Source: Octopus sinensis (taxonomy: Eukaryota). From it: DNA of 64,000 nt. Below, one piece after another: positions 1-13,533 of the stretch (its first letter is position 1; each line of letters begins with the position of its first letter). The position numbers and the translations under genes are program-made. The notes under the pieces are model-generated. The model did no database searches, had not been told where the DNA came from, and saw only the letters and a list, made by a program, of their open reading frames with translations. The stretch is from assembly GCF_006345805.1 (NCBI RefSeq), contig NW_021832599.1, positions 1 to 64,000 on the forward strand. Direction: 5' to 3'.

Positions 1-1030
1 ATGTAATCTTTTTAAATGCAGCGAAAAGATGAGAGATGTTTGGAGCAGTTGAGTATAAGATTTCTGTATTTTTGTTAAGCAGTTTATGATATCTATGCTC
101 AGAAGGAAATTGTTAGTTTATTAGCTTGGAAATGCTTTTAGCACTATGGGGTGACAGGTGGATTATACCATTCTATATTTTTGATTCTGTTTCTTCTTTT
201 GGTAGGTGTATTTATTGTATTGGAGTAATAATTCAGCTTTTCTGTAAAACTGCTTTCTTTACGAGTAAAGTAAAAATATCCCGAATTTCCAAATTATTCT
301 CATTTGAGAACAATTTGGGAATTTTAATTGATATTCTGCGGATTAGATTGTCGATGCTCTGAGGGTAGCTTGATGATTTGTGCATATTTTAGTACTCAAT
401 TGTCTTTTGAAAGAGTAGTAGGTTAAATATTAATAAATTAATAGATTTCGGAGTACCTCGACCAGAATCATAAAACCTAATTTCGGAAAAACATTTAAAA
501 CATTTAATCCTTTCTGGATTAATTGGTTATCGTCCTTTGAATTTCCGGAGATTGATGAGGCTGTCGTCCTTGTATAACCCATCAGATATGAACGGGACTT
601 TGTCATGTAGGAGATAAGTTCATTTTTATTGGCAGAAGTTTTGATATTACAATGCCGCCGAAAGATATGTTATCTTCTTTTCTTTTTGTTATAGAGGAAT
701 GTTTTAATAAAGTAGAATGTGGATTTTCATGCTTTGAAGAACGTTTCGATAATCGTTGGCTTTATGCAGTGATGGTATTTGCAAAATTAATGGCATCTTT
801 TCATATGGATTTCGTAATTGACGGATAAAAAGTCACAGATAACGAATTGGAAACAACAATAATATTTTGTGTTATTTTGAATGGAGTGGAACCAATTGAT
901 GATAGTTGTTGAACGGTTCTAAGGTGGTTGAGAGGCCATTTAATATGGGGAATAAAAAAAATCAATAATTGATTTGCAATTTCGCTATCAGCTCTGAATA
1001 ATAGGTTAATGAGTGTGTTTAATGCGTGTA
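1..1030 (-). mobile_element. Degenerate Penelope-like retroelement, reverse transcriptase and thumb region (runs off window start)
   Basis: Minus-strand translation across frameshifts gives PLE RT motifs in order: LIN...ADSEIA (~1000), TFYPSIT (~830), GLYKDDSLI (580-554, YxDD motif), HKSSSYPQSI...RRIS...SNE, WYNPP, and FPSEHRYHKLLNKNT..LYSTAPNI. Many stops. Confidence 0.85.
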
Positions 1031-1354
1031 TGTGTGTCAATGAATACAAATGAATTCTATACTTACACTTACATATATGTGTGTGTGTACGAGTGTACAT
1101 AGACACACACACGCACATACATACACATACACACACGCATACACAGAAGTTTGGCGGTATGAAAAGGGAAAAAGAACTCAATACGTAAAGTAGAGCCTAT
1201 GTATAAATTTATTAGCTGTAAAGAACACTACATACGTCAAAGAGGTGCCAGGCATATTTGCTTGTACGAAAGTCCTGGCCTTTGAATCACTTATGTAGTT
1301 TTACAGACCTCTCTCGCTCTACCCATCTCTGATTGAATGTATGTGTGTGTGCTA

Positions 1355-1401
<47 letters not shown>

Positions 1402-1519
1402 AAATATTTTATTAGTTACCTTTTACTTCTTTCTGTAACCAGACGGCGGCCACGCTGGAGTATCACCTTGAGGAATATTAGTCGGACGAATTATTTTTTA
1501 AGCCTGGTACATATTCAAT

Positions 1520-1595
1520 CGTACTGTTTTGCTCTTTTACTGAACCGCTATTTATGGGGGCGTAAACACACCAACACAGGTTAGCAAGCGGTGTT

Positions 1596-1629
<34 letters not shown>

Positions 1630-1750
1630 CGTATAATATACATTCCTATATATATACATATATATACAACAAGCTCCTTTCAGTTTCCGTCTACCAATTC
1701 CATTCACAAGACTTGGTCAGCCAGCGGCCATATTAGAAGACACACTTACG
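1520..1750 (-). mobile_element. tRNA-derived SINE family B, degenerate partial copy
   Basis: Contains ctttcagtttccgtctaccaa and internal (CA)n, shared with the copies at 7.5, 21.3, 46.7, 57.4, 61.8 and 63.4 kb. Confidence 0.6.
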
Positions 1751-1752
1751 CT

Positions 1753-4060
1753 AGGAGCAGTATGTAGTATGGATGTATGTATTTTTGTATGTATGTGTGT
1801 GGTTGTGTAGTATGTATGTATGTATGTATGTATGTATGTTGCAATGTATGGTAATGTATGTAGTATGTATGTATGTATGTATGTGTGTATGTAGTAATGT
1901 ATGTGTGTGTGTATTGATGTATGTAGTATGTATGTATGTATGTATTAATGTATGAATGTATGTATGTAGTGTAGTATGTATGTTTGTATGTCTGTTTGTG
2001 TATGTATGTATGTATGTTGTGTGTGTATGTATGTAGTATATGTATGTGTGTGTATGTGTTATGTATGTATGTATGTATTTATGTATGTATGTATGTATGT
2101 GTGTAGTATGTATGTTGTATGTATGTATATGTGTATGTATGTATGTAGTATGTATGTATGTGTGTTGTATGTATGTAGTATGCATGTATGTATGTATGTA
2201 TGTATGTATGTGTGTATGTATTTATGTATGTATGTATGTATGTATGTGTGTATGCATTATGTATGTGTGATGTATGTATGTATGTATGTGTGTATGTATG
2301 TATGTATGTAGTATGTGTTGTTGTAGTATTTGTATGTGTTATGTATGTATGTATGTATGTATGTATGTATGTATGTGTGTATGTATGTATGTATGTATGT
2401 TGTGTATTATGTATGTATGTTGTGTGTGTATGTATGTAGGTATGTAGTATGTATGTATGTATGTATGTATGTATGTATGTATGTATGTGTGTATGTATGT
2501 ATGTGTGTATGTATGTCTGTATGTATGTGTGTGCGTATGTATGTATGTATGTATGTGTGTATGTATGTATTGTGTATGTATGTATGTATGTATGTATGTG
2601 TGGTGTATGTATGTGTGTATGTATGTATGTATGTATGTATGTATGTGTGTGTATGTATGATGTGTATGTATGTATTTATGTGGTGTGTATGTTGTATGTA
2701 TGTATGTATGTATGTATGTATGTATGTGTGTATGTATGTATGTATGTATGTATGTATGTGTGTGTGTATGTATGTATTTATGTGTGTGTGTGTATGTATG
2801 TATGTATGAATGTATGTATGTATGTATGTATGTATGTGTGTATGTATGTACGATGCATGTATGTATGTATGTGTGTATGGTGTATGTATGTATGTGTGTG
2901 GTATGTATGTGTGTGTGTATGTATGTATTATGTATGTATGTATGTATATTGTGTGTATGTATGATGTGTTGTGTGTATGTATGTGTGTATGTATGTATGT
3001 ATTGTATGTATGTTGTATGTCTGTGTTTGTGTGTATGTATGTGTGTTGTATGTATGTATGTGTTTATGTATGTATGTATGTATGTATGTATGTAGTGTGT
3101 GTATGTATGTGTGTATGTATGTATGTATTGTGTCTGTATGTATGTATGTGGTTCTGTATGTATGTTGTATGTATGTATGTATGTTGTATGTGTGTGTGTG
3201 TATGTGTGTATGTATGTATGGTATGTATGTGTGTGCATGTATGTATGTATGTATGTATGTATGTATGTATGTATGTATGTGTGTATGTATGTATGTATGT
3301 AGTATGTATGTTGTAGTATGTATGTATGTTGTATGTATGTATGTATGTATATATTATGTATGTATGTATGTATTTGTATGTATGTGTATATGTATGGATG
3401 GATGTATGTGTGTATGTATGTCTGTATGTGTGTGTGTGTATGTGTGTATGTCTGTATGTATGTGTGTATGTATGTTATGTATGTATGTATGTGTGTGTGT
3501 GTATGTGGTATGTATGTATGTATGTATGTTATGTGTGTATGTATGTATGTATGTTAGTATGTATGTATGTATGTATGTGTTTATGTATGTATATATGTAT
3601 GACACTGTAGTATGTGTGTATGTACACATGTATGCTGTGTTAGGTCATGTATGTATGTAGTAGTTGTATGTATGTGTGGTGTGTGTAATTATGTGTGATG
3701 TATGTAGTAATGTTGTATGTATGTATGTATGTGTGTCTTTGTGTGTGTATGTATGTATGTATGTGTTTTGTATGTATGTGTATTATGTATGTATGTGTAT
3801 GTACGTACGTATGTATGTGTGTATGTTGTATGTATGTGTGGGTATGTTGTCTGTCGGTCTGTAGGATGTATGTGTGTATGTATGTATATATTATGTAGTT
3901 GTATGTAGTGTGTAGTATGTAGTCATGTGTGGTATGTATGTATGTAGGTATGTATGTATGTATGTATGTATGTACGTAGTGATGTACGTACGTATGATGT
4001 GTGTGTGTATTATTATGTACGTATGTATGTCTACGTATGTAGTGTGTGTGTGTGTATAGC
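1753..4060. repeat. ~2.3 kb degenerate (TATG)n/(TG)n microsatellite
   Basis: Continuous GTAT/GTGT units with indel variants; source of the [13 protein letters not shown] pseudo-ORFs. Confidence 0.95.
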
Positions 4061-4239
4061 CCCTGTGTTTCAGTCGTCACTTCGCCATATACGTACTGAA
4101 CAAAAACAAGTACAAGCACGCACACACACACACACGCACACGCACCACCACACGCACGCACACACACACACGCAGAATAGTTAAAGAAGACAGATGGCAG
4201 TTGGGCGACATTGTCATCATAACAAGACAATGACTGATG

Positions 4240-5000
4240 GACGTGAGACGGGACGGTGGCAGCAATGGCGGCAACGGTAGCAATGGCGGCGGCGGCAGTG
4301 ATGATGTGGAAGTGATGGTGGATCGGAGGCGGTGTGGTGGCGATGGAATGGTGAAGTGGTGGCGTTGATGGCGGTGGAAGTAGATATACTGGTGATATTG
4401 GTGTTGGCAGTAGTAAGGGTTTAGTATCGAGGAAGGGGTTGTTGTTTGTTGTTTGTGGTGGTTCTGGTGATAGTGGTGGTGGCACTGGTGGTAGTAGTAG
4501 CGCTGGTGGTAGTTATGGTGCAGGCAGTAGTAGTGGTGGTGGTGTGGTGGTGTCGATGGTGGTGGTATTGATTGTAGTGTTGGAATAGTACTGGTGGCAG
4601 TCGTGGGAGTGATGGTACTGGTGCTAGTGGTGTGGGTGGTGGTGGTGGTACTAGCAGTGGTGGTACTGGCAGTGGTGGTGGTGGTTGTGGTGGTGGTTGT
4701 GGTGGTGGTTGTTGTGGTGGTTGTTGTGGTGGTGGTTCTGGTGGTGGTGGTGGTGGTGGTGGTGGTGGTTGTGGTGGAGGTGGTGGTGGTGGTAGAGATG
4801 GTGATTTAGAGGGTCGTTGCTGTTGCTGTTGCTGTTGTCATTTGGTTGCGGTGGTGATATGTGTGTGTGTGTGTATGGGGAGGGGGAATCGATGGAAGTG
4901 ATGCTGCTTGGGGATGGTGTCGGCGCTAGTAGCTTTAGCAATGTTGATGCTAGTAGTTATGCGGTGGTGGTCGTGGTCGTGTTGGTCGCCTTGCCAGAGA
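4240..5000. repeat. Degenerate (TGG)n/(TAG)n trinucleotide low-complexity tract
   Basis: Runs of ggt/tgg/gtt, purest at 4680-4800. Confidence 0.85.
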
Positions 5001-5084
5001 TGGGGAAGGCGATTCGAAGTATATTCATAGTGAAAAGCAGATATAAAAATATATATACATATATATATACATTTATATATACAT

Positions 5085-5115
<31 letters not shown>

Positions 5116-6535
5116 GATATATACAGAGAGAGAGAGAAAGAGAGGAAGAGAGAGAGAGAGAGCGGGAAAAAGAGGATGAGGAGGGAGAGAAGGAGGAGTA
5201 TATTTATGGGAAGATAGATAAGAATGGTTAGAATGAGGTGGTGTACGGGTGGGTGATGTAGTATGTAATTAATTAGTGTCTACTTTGTTATGCCAACATC
5301 ACTTACATCTCCTTTGATGACTGGCCCACTAACTCATCACACACATCACACACATCACACACACGTATACATACCACAAGCGCACGCATACGTATTTATT
5401 TATATACATTTGTGTAAGTGTGTATGTGTGTGTATAAGTGTGTGTGTAAGTGTATGCGTGTTGTCTATGTTTGTGTGTGAAAAGTTGTGTATGTAAATAG
5501 TCATGGTCTTTTATACATACCAAGAGAAAACAGCGGTTGAGCTTATAAAGCAGCGAACAGAATCAGAATCATATATATACTTACATACATATATAGATAT
5601 ATATATATGTATATATATAACATATATATATACATATATATATACCAACATATATATACACACACACACCACACACACACACTATATATATATATATAAT
5701 ATATATATATTATATATAATATATATTATATGTATGTATGTTATGGATGTATGTATATAATATGTCAGAGACAGAGAGGGATAGAGAGAGGGAGATATAC
5801 GGAGAGCGAGAGAGGGGGGACAGAGATGGCGTAGATAGAGGGGGGAAGGAGACGTGTGTGTACATGTGTACACGAATGTGTGTAAAAGATGAAAAAGAAG
5901 TGACTGAAACACGCACAGACCTACATTGTACATACATGCATATAGATTTATGTGTGTGTGTGTTTGTAGCTGTGCACATATCACGTATTTATTGAGATAT
6001 TTATACATTATAATGATATACATTTCTTGTGAAGCGATCCTCACATGAGAAAATAATGACATAAATATATCATAAATTATATATTACATACATCTTTAAC
6101 AGACCTGCACAAAGAATGATTCTTTGCTGTACGCCTCAACCCCACCATCCACAGCAGCTGCCTAAACTGCTAAGTCTAACTTTGTCTTCTCCCTCCCTCT
6201 ATCTGCCTTATCCTCTCTCTCTCTCTCACTCTTTTTTCCCTTCCTTTCTTTCTTGTTCTATCTCTCTCCCTTTTCTCTTCCCCCCCTCTCCCTCTCTCTC
6301 TATATAACTTTATCAAGATATGTCGGCTGCAATGTCTTTTCATACACGAAATACACGAAATAAGGCCATGTTCGTATTTATTCTATCGTAAATTTAATGG
6401 GACGAGGAAGATATCTTCGTGATTGTGGATGGTTGTCTTGCGTGTGATGAGTCTAATGTGGAATGGACTCTAGTAGCTTTACGTGCGCGCACGTACACAC
6501 ACACACACACACACACAGATTCATATATACATATA

Positions 6536-7030
6536 CAGTGTTTGGGCTAAAATTGACGGTATGTACAAAAGGAAAAGAAAACACTAAATCCTACCCAAAA
6601 TTGAAGTATTTTTAAAAAATCAAAAACTATAAACTAGATTATGTGATAACAGTTTCCTCAAAGTAGCTGCCCTCAGCTTCCACCACGGCTTCAAGACGGC
6701 TCCGGAATCTGGTGCATGCGTTCCTCACTGGGAAGATCTTAGAACAACTCCTTGATCTTGGCCTCCAGTTCAGCCTTGCTCAGAGCGGTTCGTGTCTTTC
6801 TCAAATGCGCCTCACACATAGTAATCCAAGGAATTACAGTCGGAGGACTTCATGAAGTCGTAGAAATTTTCCGACAACCACTTCTGACTCTTTCCGTAGG
6901 TATGGCAAGACGGAGCCAAATCCTGCTGCCACAGATATGGCCTTGCAGCAGCAATCCTCTCCAGCTTGGAATTGACCAGATGTCTCCTGCATCTTCAATT
7001 GAACCTAACAACATGTTCAAAGATGTAGAG
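6536..7030 (-). mobile_element. Tc1/mariner (maT/DD37D-like) transposase 3' remnant with one terminus
   Basis: TA|CAGTG terminus at 6536. Minus strand: YIFEHVVRFN, RPYLWQQDLAPSCHT..KSQKWLSENF, SSDCNSLDYYV*GAFEKDTN, CTRFRSRLEAVVEAEGSYFE. Internal deletions and stops. Confidence 0.75.
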
Positions 7031-7489
7031 ACGAGTTTTGGTGTGTGGACGCAGTAAGGATGTCCGCTCTGTCCTTTTCCGTTGGCCACGGTTTCGTCGT
7101 CTCCTGTCCATGTCACATCTGACAGTCTTTACAATGTTCACAGAGTATAAAGCAGCAGTCATGACATCAACATTTGATACCCGGCGCAAATCATCGTAGT
7201 ACTCGTAACTCTTTTCTAATACTCTGTTCGTTTCCATTCCTCCATGTCAGTTAACTTTTTCCAGCTACAACTTCAGTCTTTATGCTCTCCAACACCGTTG
7301 ACTATCCATCAATACATCGAACTGTTCCTGGAAAAAGGAGACATAAAAAGATCGTCAAATTCAATCCGAACATGTATAAAAACACACACTTGCATATACA
7401 CACAAATACAACACACACGCATTGCACACAGACTAATACACACATTCACGCAATCACGCCCCTTCTCTACACAAATACATTCCAATAAT

Positions 7490-7740
7490 CACTGGATCCA
7501 ACATCGTTTGACAACCGATGTTGGGGGAACAAACACAGAAACAAATACACATACACACACATATACATATATATACGACGGGCTTCTTTCAGTTTCCGTC
7601 TACCAAATCCACTCACAAGGCTTTGGTCAGCCCGAGGCTATAGTAGAAGACACTTGCCCAAGGTGCCACGCAGTGGGACTAAATCCAGAATCATGTGCTT
7701 GGTTAAGCAAGCTACTTACCACACAGCCACTCCTACGCCC
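7490..7740 (-). mobile_element. tRNA-derived SINE family B, 5' half
   Basis: Minus strand begins ggagtggctgtgtggtaagtagcttgc with A/B-box-like motifs; internal (CA/TA)n. Confidence 0.8.
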
Positions 7741-7751
7741 ATAATAAAAGT

Positions 7752-7877
7752 AAGATTTCTCTTGAATGAAACAGTTCTAGTCCTGTAGAAGCTCCTTCTA
7801 TATATAAATTAATTTTACTCTGCTATGTATGAGTACCTTATTTACTGTGGTTAACCCCGGATCAACCCGGACCTACA
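7752..7877 (+). mobile_element. 5'-truncated copy of the hammerhead-bearing short element seen at 57762-57897
   Basis: Near-identical to 57769-57897 (aagatttctcttgaatgaaacagttctag...acccggacctac) but starts inside the catalytic core (CTG missing); ends in (AT)n. Confidence 0.85.
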
Positions 7878-8716
7878 TATATATATATATATATATAGAT
7901 AGATAGATGATAGATAGATAGAAGATAACAGACAGACAGACAGACAGACAGACAAAAGACATACAGACAGACAGACAGACAGATAGATAGATAGATGCAT
8001 ACATATATTTATTTAAAAAATATTTTTGCATCTGTTTTGCAGCATTCTTCATGTGAAATGGTATGTTGAAAGATATTGTGCTTTGTTAGTTGTATATTGT
8101 CAATAAAATACATAAGGGGCACAACATCGTCGATAACGTCTCCTTGCGTGATACTGAACTATGGCAAGTCAATTAATCAATTAATTTATTCATTTATTTA
8201 TTTATTATCTAATTATCTAATTACCTGATAAAAGAACAAGTGGAATACAACTATACAGCTACATGTGATTTAATTGGTAACATGACTCTTCCAAAACAAT
8301 ATGTATATATATATATATATATCGTTATGAATGACAACAGAAGTATTAGTTCAAAATAGCAATCTGTATATCATACTTTAAGCAGATATATTGTAGAAAG
8401 CCTGCTAAGCTGCAACACTTGTCTCGAGAATGTATCTCTTATAGATGCATAGTGTTAAAAAGCATAAATATATCTGAAGCAAAAATTTTCCAGCAGCGAT
8501 GGATAGCAACGCGGATACCAATGCCATCGGAGTAACAAAAGGAACTACAAGGGAGAGGAAGCGGGTATCTTATAAATAATGGGCCATACCAAAACATGTA
8601 CGCGATAAACCTGGATTCTATTTTGTGGGAAGTGAAAGCAGTGCTTAGGCAGTGTTTGGTGCATAAATAGGCACGTCAATAGGTTTCCTCTCTCTTCTCA
8701 GAGTCAATATTTTTAG

Positions 8717-9465
8717 AAACGTTAGCCCGCCGGGTGAAATGCGTAGCGGCATTTCGTCTAGCGTTACGTTCTGAGTTCAAATTCCGCCGAGGTCGACTTT
8801 GCCTTTCATCCTTTCGGGGTCGATTAAATAAGTACCAGTTACGCACTGGTGTCGATATAATCGACTTAATCCGTTTGTCTGTCCTTGTTTGTCCCCTCTA
8901 TGTTTAGCCCCTTGTGGGTAGAAAAGAAATAGGTATTTCGTCTGTCTTTGCGTTCTGAGTTCAAATTCCGCCGAGGTCCACTTTGCCTTTCATCCTTTCG
9001 GGGTCGATTAAATAAGTACCAGTTACGCACTGGTGTCGATATAATCGACTTAATCCATTTGTCTGTCCTTGTTTGTCCCCTCTATGTTTAGCCCCTTGTG
9101 GGTAGTAAAGAAATAGGTATTTCGTCTGTCTTTGCGTTCTGAGTTCAAATTCCGCCGAGGTCGACTTTGCCTTTCATCCTTTCGGGGTCGATTAAATAAG
9201 TACCAGTTACGCACTGGGGTCGATATAATCGACTTAATCCGTTTGTGTGTTCTTGTTTGTCCTTTCTGTATTTAGCCCCTTGTGGGTAATAAAGAAATAG
9301 GTATTTCGTCTGTCTTTGTGTTCTGAGTTCAAATTCCGCCGCGGTCCACTTTACCTTTCATCCTTTCGGGGGTCGATAAATTAAGTACCAGTTGCGTGCT
9401 GGGATCAATCTAATCGAGTGGCACCCTCCCCCAAAATTTCGGGCCTTGTACCTAGCGTAGTGAAG
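8717..9465 (+). mobile_element. tRNA-derived SINE family A, tandem tetramer of ~182-bp body units
   Basis: Partial head (aaacgttagc..gaaatgcgtagcgg), four units each with B-box gagttcaaattcc, last unit with a different 3' end; flanked by 11-bp TSD AATATTTTTAG (8706-8716 / 9466-9476). Confidence 0.9.
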
Positions 9466-10275
9466 AATATTTTTAGTTTTTCCGTGACATCTGAGTTACC
9501 TTAAATACTGTGCTTTTACATTGTTTGCTTCCGCGGATATACTCTACATCAATGGGAAGTTTTAAATTACTCGGTTTTTCAGCTGCTAGATATATTTTGA
9601 CAATGAAGTGAAAGTTCGCTTATTCATGTGTCTGAACGAATGCATATGTTGTTTAAATCGAACATTAAATGAGATCTTCGTAAAATATTTCCGCGCTATT
9701 CACATTTGAAACATCTGTTCTTTGTACAAGTTCCCTTTCAGAGCACTTATTGCCGTGTGAAAGTTCAATTGGTTCCGTTTCCGCAGTTGCTCAGCGTCCG
9801 GACATTGTTGACTTTGCGGAAACTATGTCGAATAGTTGGAATTGTGCGCAGGACGATTTCGGCAGTCAGTCAAGTTCACTTCTTCAAGTCCTGGGAAGCG
9901 AGATGGCGGTGGAGAAAGAATTACTGCGTTCCAGTAAATTTGCTGAAAGGTGTACGACAGCGGCATGAATGTTACTCTTCGCCGGAGAACACGGCTAGGA
10001 GAAAGATTTTACACTTGGTAGCCAGGATTTTTTTAAACTTCCTTGTTGGGTCTAGAGGAAGTAACGGGACTCATAACCGTTGCAGGCCCTCAAAGCCTGG
10101 TAAAATTGGTTCCGTTAACCTTTCGAGGTATTTTGTATTATACGTATTCCCACCCGTATACACGTTTGTACATTTACGTACACCTCCATATGTTTTGTAG
10201 CTTCTTTTGTAGGACATTATCTATGTAGCCCATGAGGGCATGTAGTAGTAGTGGTGGTAGTAGAAGTAGTAGTAG

Positions 10276-10324
<49 letters not shown>

Positions 10325-10436
10325 ATTTCACCAGGCGTGTCCATGTATAAAACCATATAATTGATCATATTACCTTACAATCTCTCTTTCCATATATACA
10401 ACCCACTCCAGACATATATGGACGTGTATATATATA

Positions 10437-10468
<32 letters not shown>

Positions 10469-11184
10469 TAAGAGATAGAGAGTAGAGAGAGAGAGAGAAG
10501 AGATAGATAGATAATAAGATTGAGAGAGAGATAGATGTATGTGTATGTATGTGTGTATATATATATATTATATATATATACACACACACTCACATACATA
10601 CATACATATGGGTGGGTATATATGCATATCTATATGTATGTGTGTGTGCGTGGGTGTGTGTGTATGTATGTGTTTATAATATATATATATATATGTATAA
10701 TTTATATATATATATATATATATATAATTTATATTACCATTAAATAACAAAGCTATTCGACGCTAGATACCTTAAACAAACGAAAAAGAAAAAGAGTATA
10801 AAATAAAAACTGTGTGAAGAAAAACTTGGCTTCAAATCTTGCATTGTTATGAATTTTCCAGCAGTATTCTACGGTCTAATGATTCTTAATAGACATTCAC
10901 CATACCTGGTCGGGTTTGATAACGATATGGTCGCCTCTTTTGTGCTACACACGAATATAAGGACATCTATTAGTTATAATTGAGTTATCTGTACCAAGAA
11001 TAGCTGGCATACATACCTGTCTTACTGCTGATGTTGTTGTTGTTGTTGTTGTTGCTGATGATAATGATGTTGTTGACGTGGATGTTTAGCCTCAGTTTTA
11101 TCATGCTAGGCATATGAAAAAAAAGCCATGCCAGTTATGACCATCACGTCTTAATTACAGGTAGCGGCTAACCCGGGACGACAC

Positions 11185-11730
11185 TAATGCGTTTCTTAGT
11201 TGGTGGAATTTGAACTCAGAACGTAGCGGCAGACGAAATACCTATTTTTATTCTTTATACACACAAGGGGCTAAACACAGAGGGGACAACAAGGACAGAC
11301 AAACGGGTTGAGTCGATTATATCGACCTCGGTGCGTAACTGTATTATTTAATCGACCCCGAAGGATGAAGGCAAAGTCGACCTCGGCGGAATTTGAACTC
11401 AGAACGTAGGGCGGAGACGAAGTACTATTTCTTTACTACCCACAAGGAGCTAAACACAGAGGGACAAACAAGGACGGACAAACGGGTTAGTCGATTATAT
11501 CGACCCCAGTGCGAAACTGGTACTTATTTAATCGACTCCCGAAAGGATGATGAGGCAACGTCGACCTCGGCGGAATTTGAACTCAGAACGTAGCGGCAGA
11601 CAAAATACCTGTTTCTTTACTACCCACAAGGGGCTAAACACAGAGGGGACAAACAAGGACGGACAAACGGGTTAGGTCGATTATATCGACTCCAGTGCGT
11701 AACTGGTACTTATTTAATCGACCCCGAAAG
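11185..11730 (-). mobile_element. SINE family A, three tandem units
   Basis: Three copies of ...ggaatttgaactcagaacgtagcggcagacgaaatac... at ~182-bp spacing. Confidence 0.85.
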
Positions 11731-12030
11731 ACTGTAGGACGTGCGTGTGTGTGTGTGTGATTTGAAGTGGGGATTTGGCAGCTATTTCCACAAGATCGAA
11801 CAATGCCGTTGAGGCGTTCAAGTCGACTCACCTGCGTTATTGTCGTTCATTGTTAATGGTGGTGGTTGGGGGTGTCGAGGCGACAGACTTGGTGACGGTG
11901 GTGGTGTTGATAATGACACTGAGTGAATTCACATTGTCAATAGTTGAATGATTTTTTCTCCCTTCAGCTCTTCCATTCACATATATATATGTATTTGCGT
12001 GAATGCACAGAAACGCGTGAACACACACAC

Positions 12031-12062
<32 letters not shown>

Positions 12063-12085
12063 CACACACACACCACACACATAAC

Positions 12086-12123
<38 letters not shown>

Positions 12124-12170
12124 AGATTCGTGCAGATATATAAATTATATTTTTCTATGCTCATATTCCC

Positions 12171-12206
<36 letters not shown>

Positions 12207-12246
12207 ATCTATCTATCTATCTACTATCTATCTATCTATCTATCTA

Positions 12247-12304
<58 letters not shown>

Positions 12305-12335
12305 GGTCTGTCTGTCTTCTGTCCATCCATATTAT

Positions 12336-12400
<65 letters not shown>

Positions 12401-12423
12401 TATATATATTATATATATTAATC

Positions 12424-13021
12424 ATATCAGGGTAGCAAAAAATTCAAGAGAAATTTTCGCCACCAGCGGTCCACTGAGAAAGAAAAAAATAGTCAACAGA
12501 CTATATAATATACATTCAACAATATTAAGGAAAGGCCTTGATAGGCCAAATAAAAACATTTACCCTTATCATCTTTGGACTATGCATCGTTTCGACATAC
12601 ATATTGGCAAAGCGATTTAATTAAATTAAATTAAACCTATTTGCCACTGGCCTGTATCGTCATCAAAGAAGCCAGGGAAATATATATCCACGAGGCGACA
12701 GCATCGACGCCTCGAGAATATATATTCTAAATTTTCAAAATTTACCGTCACCGCGCCAACTTCACAGCAGGAAATATAAACTGCTGATTTAATTTCAGAA
12801 TTAGCCAAAAAAATCATTAATTAATCAATATCAGGGTAGCAAAAAATTCAAGAGAAATTTTTCGCCACCAGCGGTCCAGTGAAACTATGCATAGTCCAAA
12901 GATGATAAGGGTAAATGTTTTTATTTTCCTTTGGTTTCTGAATTACAACTATTTAGCGGTTTGAGTTTAGCTGCTCTTTCTAGTGGGTCGAATGGCCATT
13001 CCTTAATATTGTTGAATGTAT
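12424..13021. mobile_element. PLE pseudo-LTR-like segment with nested direct and inverted repeats
   Basis: ~50-bp direct repeat 12424-12473/12828-12878; inverted repeats 12552-12593/12881-12922 and 12510-12532/12999-13021; flanked by (AT)n. Confidence 0.55.
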
Positions 13022-13022
13022 A

Positions 13023-13533
13023 TCTATATATATAAAACTGTAGTTGTGTGAGTGTCTGTCCCCTTCGATTTAGATTCCTAACTACTTTCCCACATTTTGC
13101 GGTGCAGTTTTAACGAACTTCGGGTATCTTATAGTCGTGATTCATATCGAGCCGTCTGATATTTAGCGCGCGTCTACGATGAGTCTACGATTTAAAAATA
13201 ATTTAACATCATTTTTTATTCCATTTTAATGAATAATTTTTCGTGTGTCGATGGCGGAGGAGTTGGCGTCCATGGTCCATCTGCACCTGTTTGCTTCTCC
13301 CCCTTCTTCCTCCCTCGTGAAGCTGTGGGGAAGGGATGGTAAGGAAATCAACGTCGTAAAGCGTTGTCAAGGAGACCAGCGTTCTTTTAGAACACGACTT
13401 CATGGCTTGAAGACACCAAAACAGAAATGGCTAAGAAAGCCCGAATTGGCATCTATAAGGGAAGTAACTCTCTAAAAATGCTTATATAGTTATTTCCCTT
13501 ACAAAACCGAGCAACGCCGGGCGATACTACTAG
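13023..13533 (+). mobile_element. Non-autonomous mini-Helitron, 511 bp
   Basis: A|TCTATATATATAAAA 5' end; 3' imperfect hairpin ccgagcaacgccggg then CTAG|T; no TSD; closely similar to 27354-27864. Confidence 0.9.

Noticed and set aside
1751-3908. Dozens of long ORFs (MYVCMYV..., HTYIHT...), also at 17.9, 25.6, 37.8, 41.8-42.7, 44.5 and 57.8 kb
   Set aside because: Translations of (TATG)n, (TA)n and (CA)n microsatellites that simply lack stop codons.
4594-4941. Poly-Val/Gly/His ORFs (also 15.8, 19.8-20.8, 30.1 kb)
   Set aside because: Trinucleotide low-complexity tracts.
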